From NCBI GenBank assembly GCA_051362555.1, contig CM120643.1, positions 26,416,848 through 26,480,847 on the forward strand: DNA of 64,000 bases, given 5' to 3'. Positions within the stretch are counted from its first letter, which is position 1; every line of letters starts with the position of its first letter. The notes beneath the pieces were generated by a model that saw only the letters and a program-made list of their open reading frames with translations, was not told where the DNA came from and searched no databases. Of the stretch, positions 62,741 to 64,000 are shown in pieces. The position numbers and the translations under genes were made by a program. The stretch is from Lingula anatina (Eukaryota; Animalia; Brachiopoda).

Positions 62741-63569
62741 ACTAGAGGATCAGAGAGGCGATACCGCCTCCTGGTATTGTACCACCAGCTGGAGTAAGCG
62801 CATTCGTATGGGAAGGAAAAAGAAGGGGGAGGGGTTGACAAGCTGTATAAAATGCAGTAAACAAGGGTTAACATTTTACATAGATAATTTTTTTTTTAAA
62901 TCAGGTGGGCAAAAGTAAAAGGTCAAATACAAGGATGTAGTATCATTGTGAATGTAGGATTTCCTCACTAACTGTGATGGAAACAATATTTGAAATTTTG
63001 TTTATATTTGGGTTAAACCGTGCTGCCTTTTATTCTGTAGTTGATATTGGCCTACATGGGCAACATCGTATATTCTTTATTTTTGTGCTTGTTTGTATCA
63101 TATATATTAATGAAAATTTAAAAATGGGTTGATGCAGCTGTTTTGACATTTAAAATAATTAGAATATCAAAACTGGGAGAGAAATTATAATTTAGGAAAT
63201 TGAATCCACCCAAAAAGTGAAAAGCTTGTTTGGGTAGTGCTGAAAAAAAAAAGATAAACAACAAAATATAGTTGAATCTGCGTGATGCGCCAAAATCCTT
63301 GGCAACGAATGCCTTGACGACCAGGAAGAAAGGCATCGAAAGCCCTATTGACAAGCACAGTTTTTAGTTTTACTACAATAACAGCTGTTTTAGTGGTGAA
63401 ATGCAGTATAATATATTTCAGTTTGTTGTTTAGAATGTATTTCTTGCGGAATTTTGAATCTCAAAGGAAGAGTTATTATTGCTTTAAATGTACACATGTA
63501 CAGCTGACCAAATGGGTACTAATGTCAAACTAATCATGCATTAAAGCAAGTATATCTATATATAACTGC

Positions 63570-63655
<86 letters not shown>

Positions 63656-64000
63656 GGCAATCAGTTGGCTTTTGTGGAAAAAAAACTGCGTATTCATGCA
63701 TCTGTAGGGTGGGAAAATTTGCAAACTATAGTTCATGGTGAAAAATAGGTCAAAGGTCAATTTCAAAGTAAAAGTTTCCCAGTATATAACTTCCTATTCA
63801 AGATCAATAGCAACTATTGCCAGTTTTGGAGATATAAGGGAGGGATTTTTTTTTAGTGCAGTTCATTATGAAAAGTAGGTCACAGATCAATTTGAAGGTC
63901 AGAGTTAGACTGCCAGTGAAAAGAAGGTCAAAGGCTAATTTCCAAGTTACAGTAAGACCCCATTTCCACAGATTATAGATCGATCTATCCCCATGGGGAG
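62741..64000 (-). mobile_element. Second copy of the same HINE-like family (runs off the window)
   Basis: ACTAGAGGATCAGAGAGGCGATACCGCCTC..TTGTACCACCAGCTGGAGTAAGCGCATTC is near-identical to 53935-54000; core repeats at ~63744 and ~63872. Confidence 0.75.
63573..63652. repeat. (TA)n microsatellite
   Basis: Direct reading. Confidence 0.95.

Overview
This is AT-rich, intron-rich animal genomic DNA, probably from a marine invertebrate such as a mollusc or other lophotrochozoan (inference from repeat types and gene structure). It is not prokaryotic, so most entries in the ORF track are spurious or are single exons. Contents in order: (1) the 3' part of a phospholipase C-gamma gene (+, <1-14295); (2) a ~9 kb Helentron/HINE-like element with internal satellite arrays, interrupted by an intact, very young CsRn1-type Ty3/Gypsy LTR retrotransposon (17490-22016); (3) a 7-exon gene for an unrecognised secreted Cys-rich protein ending in (PxYGSFKA)n repeats (-, 26814-30941); (4) a DOK/IRS-type PH-PTB adaptor gene (+, 35541-42885); (5) the 3' part of MTSS1/MIM (-, 45524 to >59986). 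The main finding is in PLC-gamma. Three separate regulatory segments each exist as tandem, diverged, intact exon copies: the first half of nSH2 (2 copies), the first half of cSH2 (3 copies) and the activating-tyrosine linker equivalent to Y775/Y783 (2 copies). This gives at least 12 possible isoforms, and the exons are surrounded by a dense cluster of Rbfox UGCAUG motifs. A second recurring oddity is tandem repeats built from splice junctions: two acceptor arrays in PLC-gamma and one donor array in MTSS1. All coordinates and translations were read by hand and may be off by a few bases.
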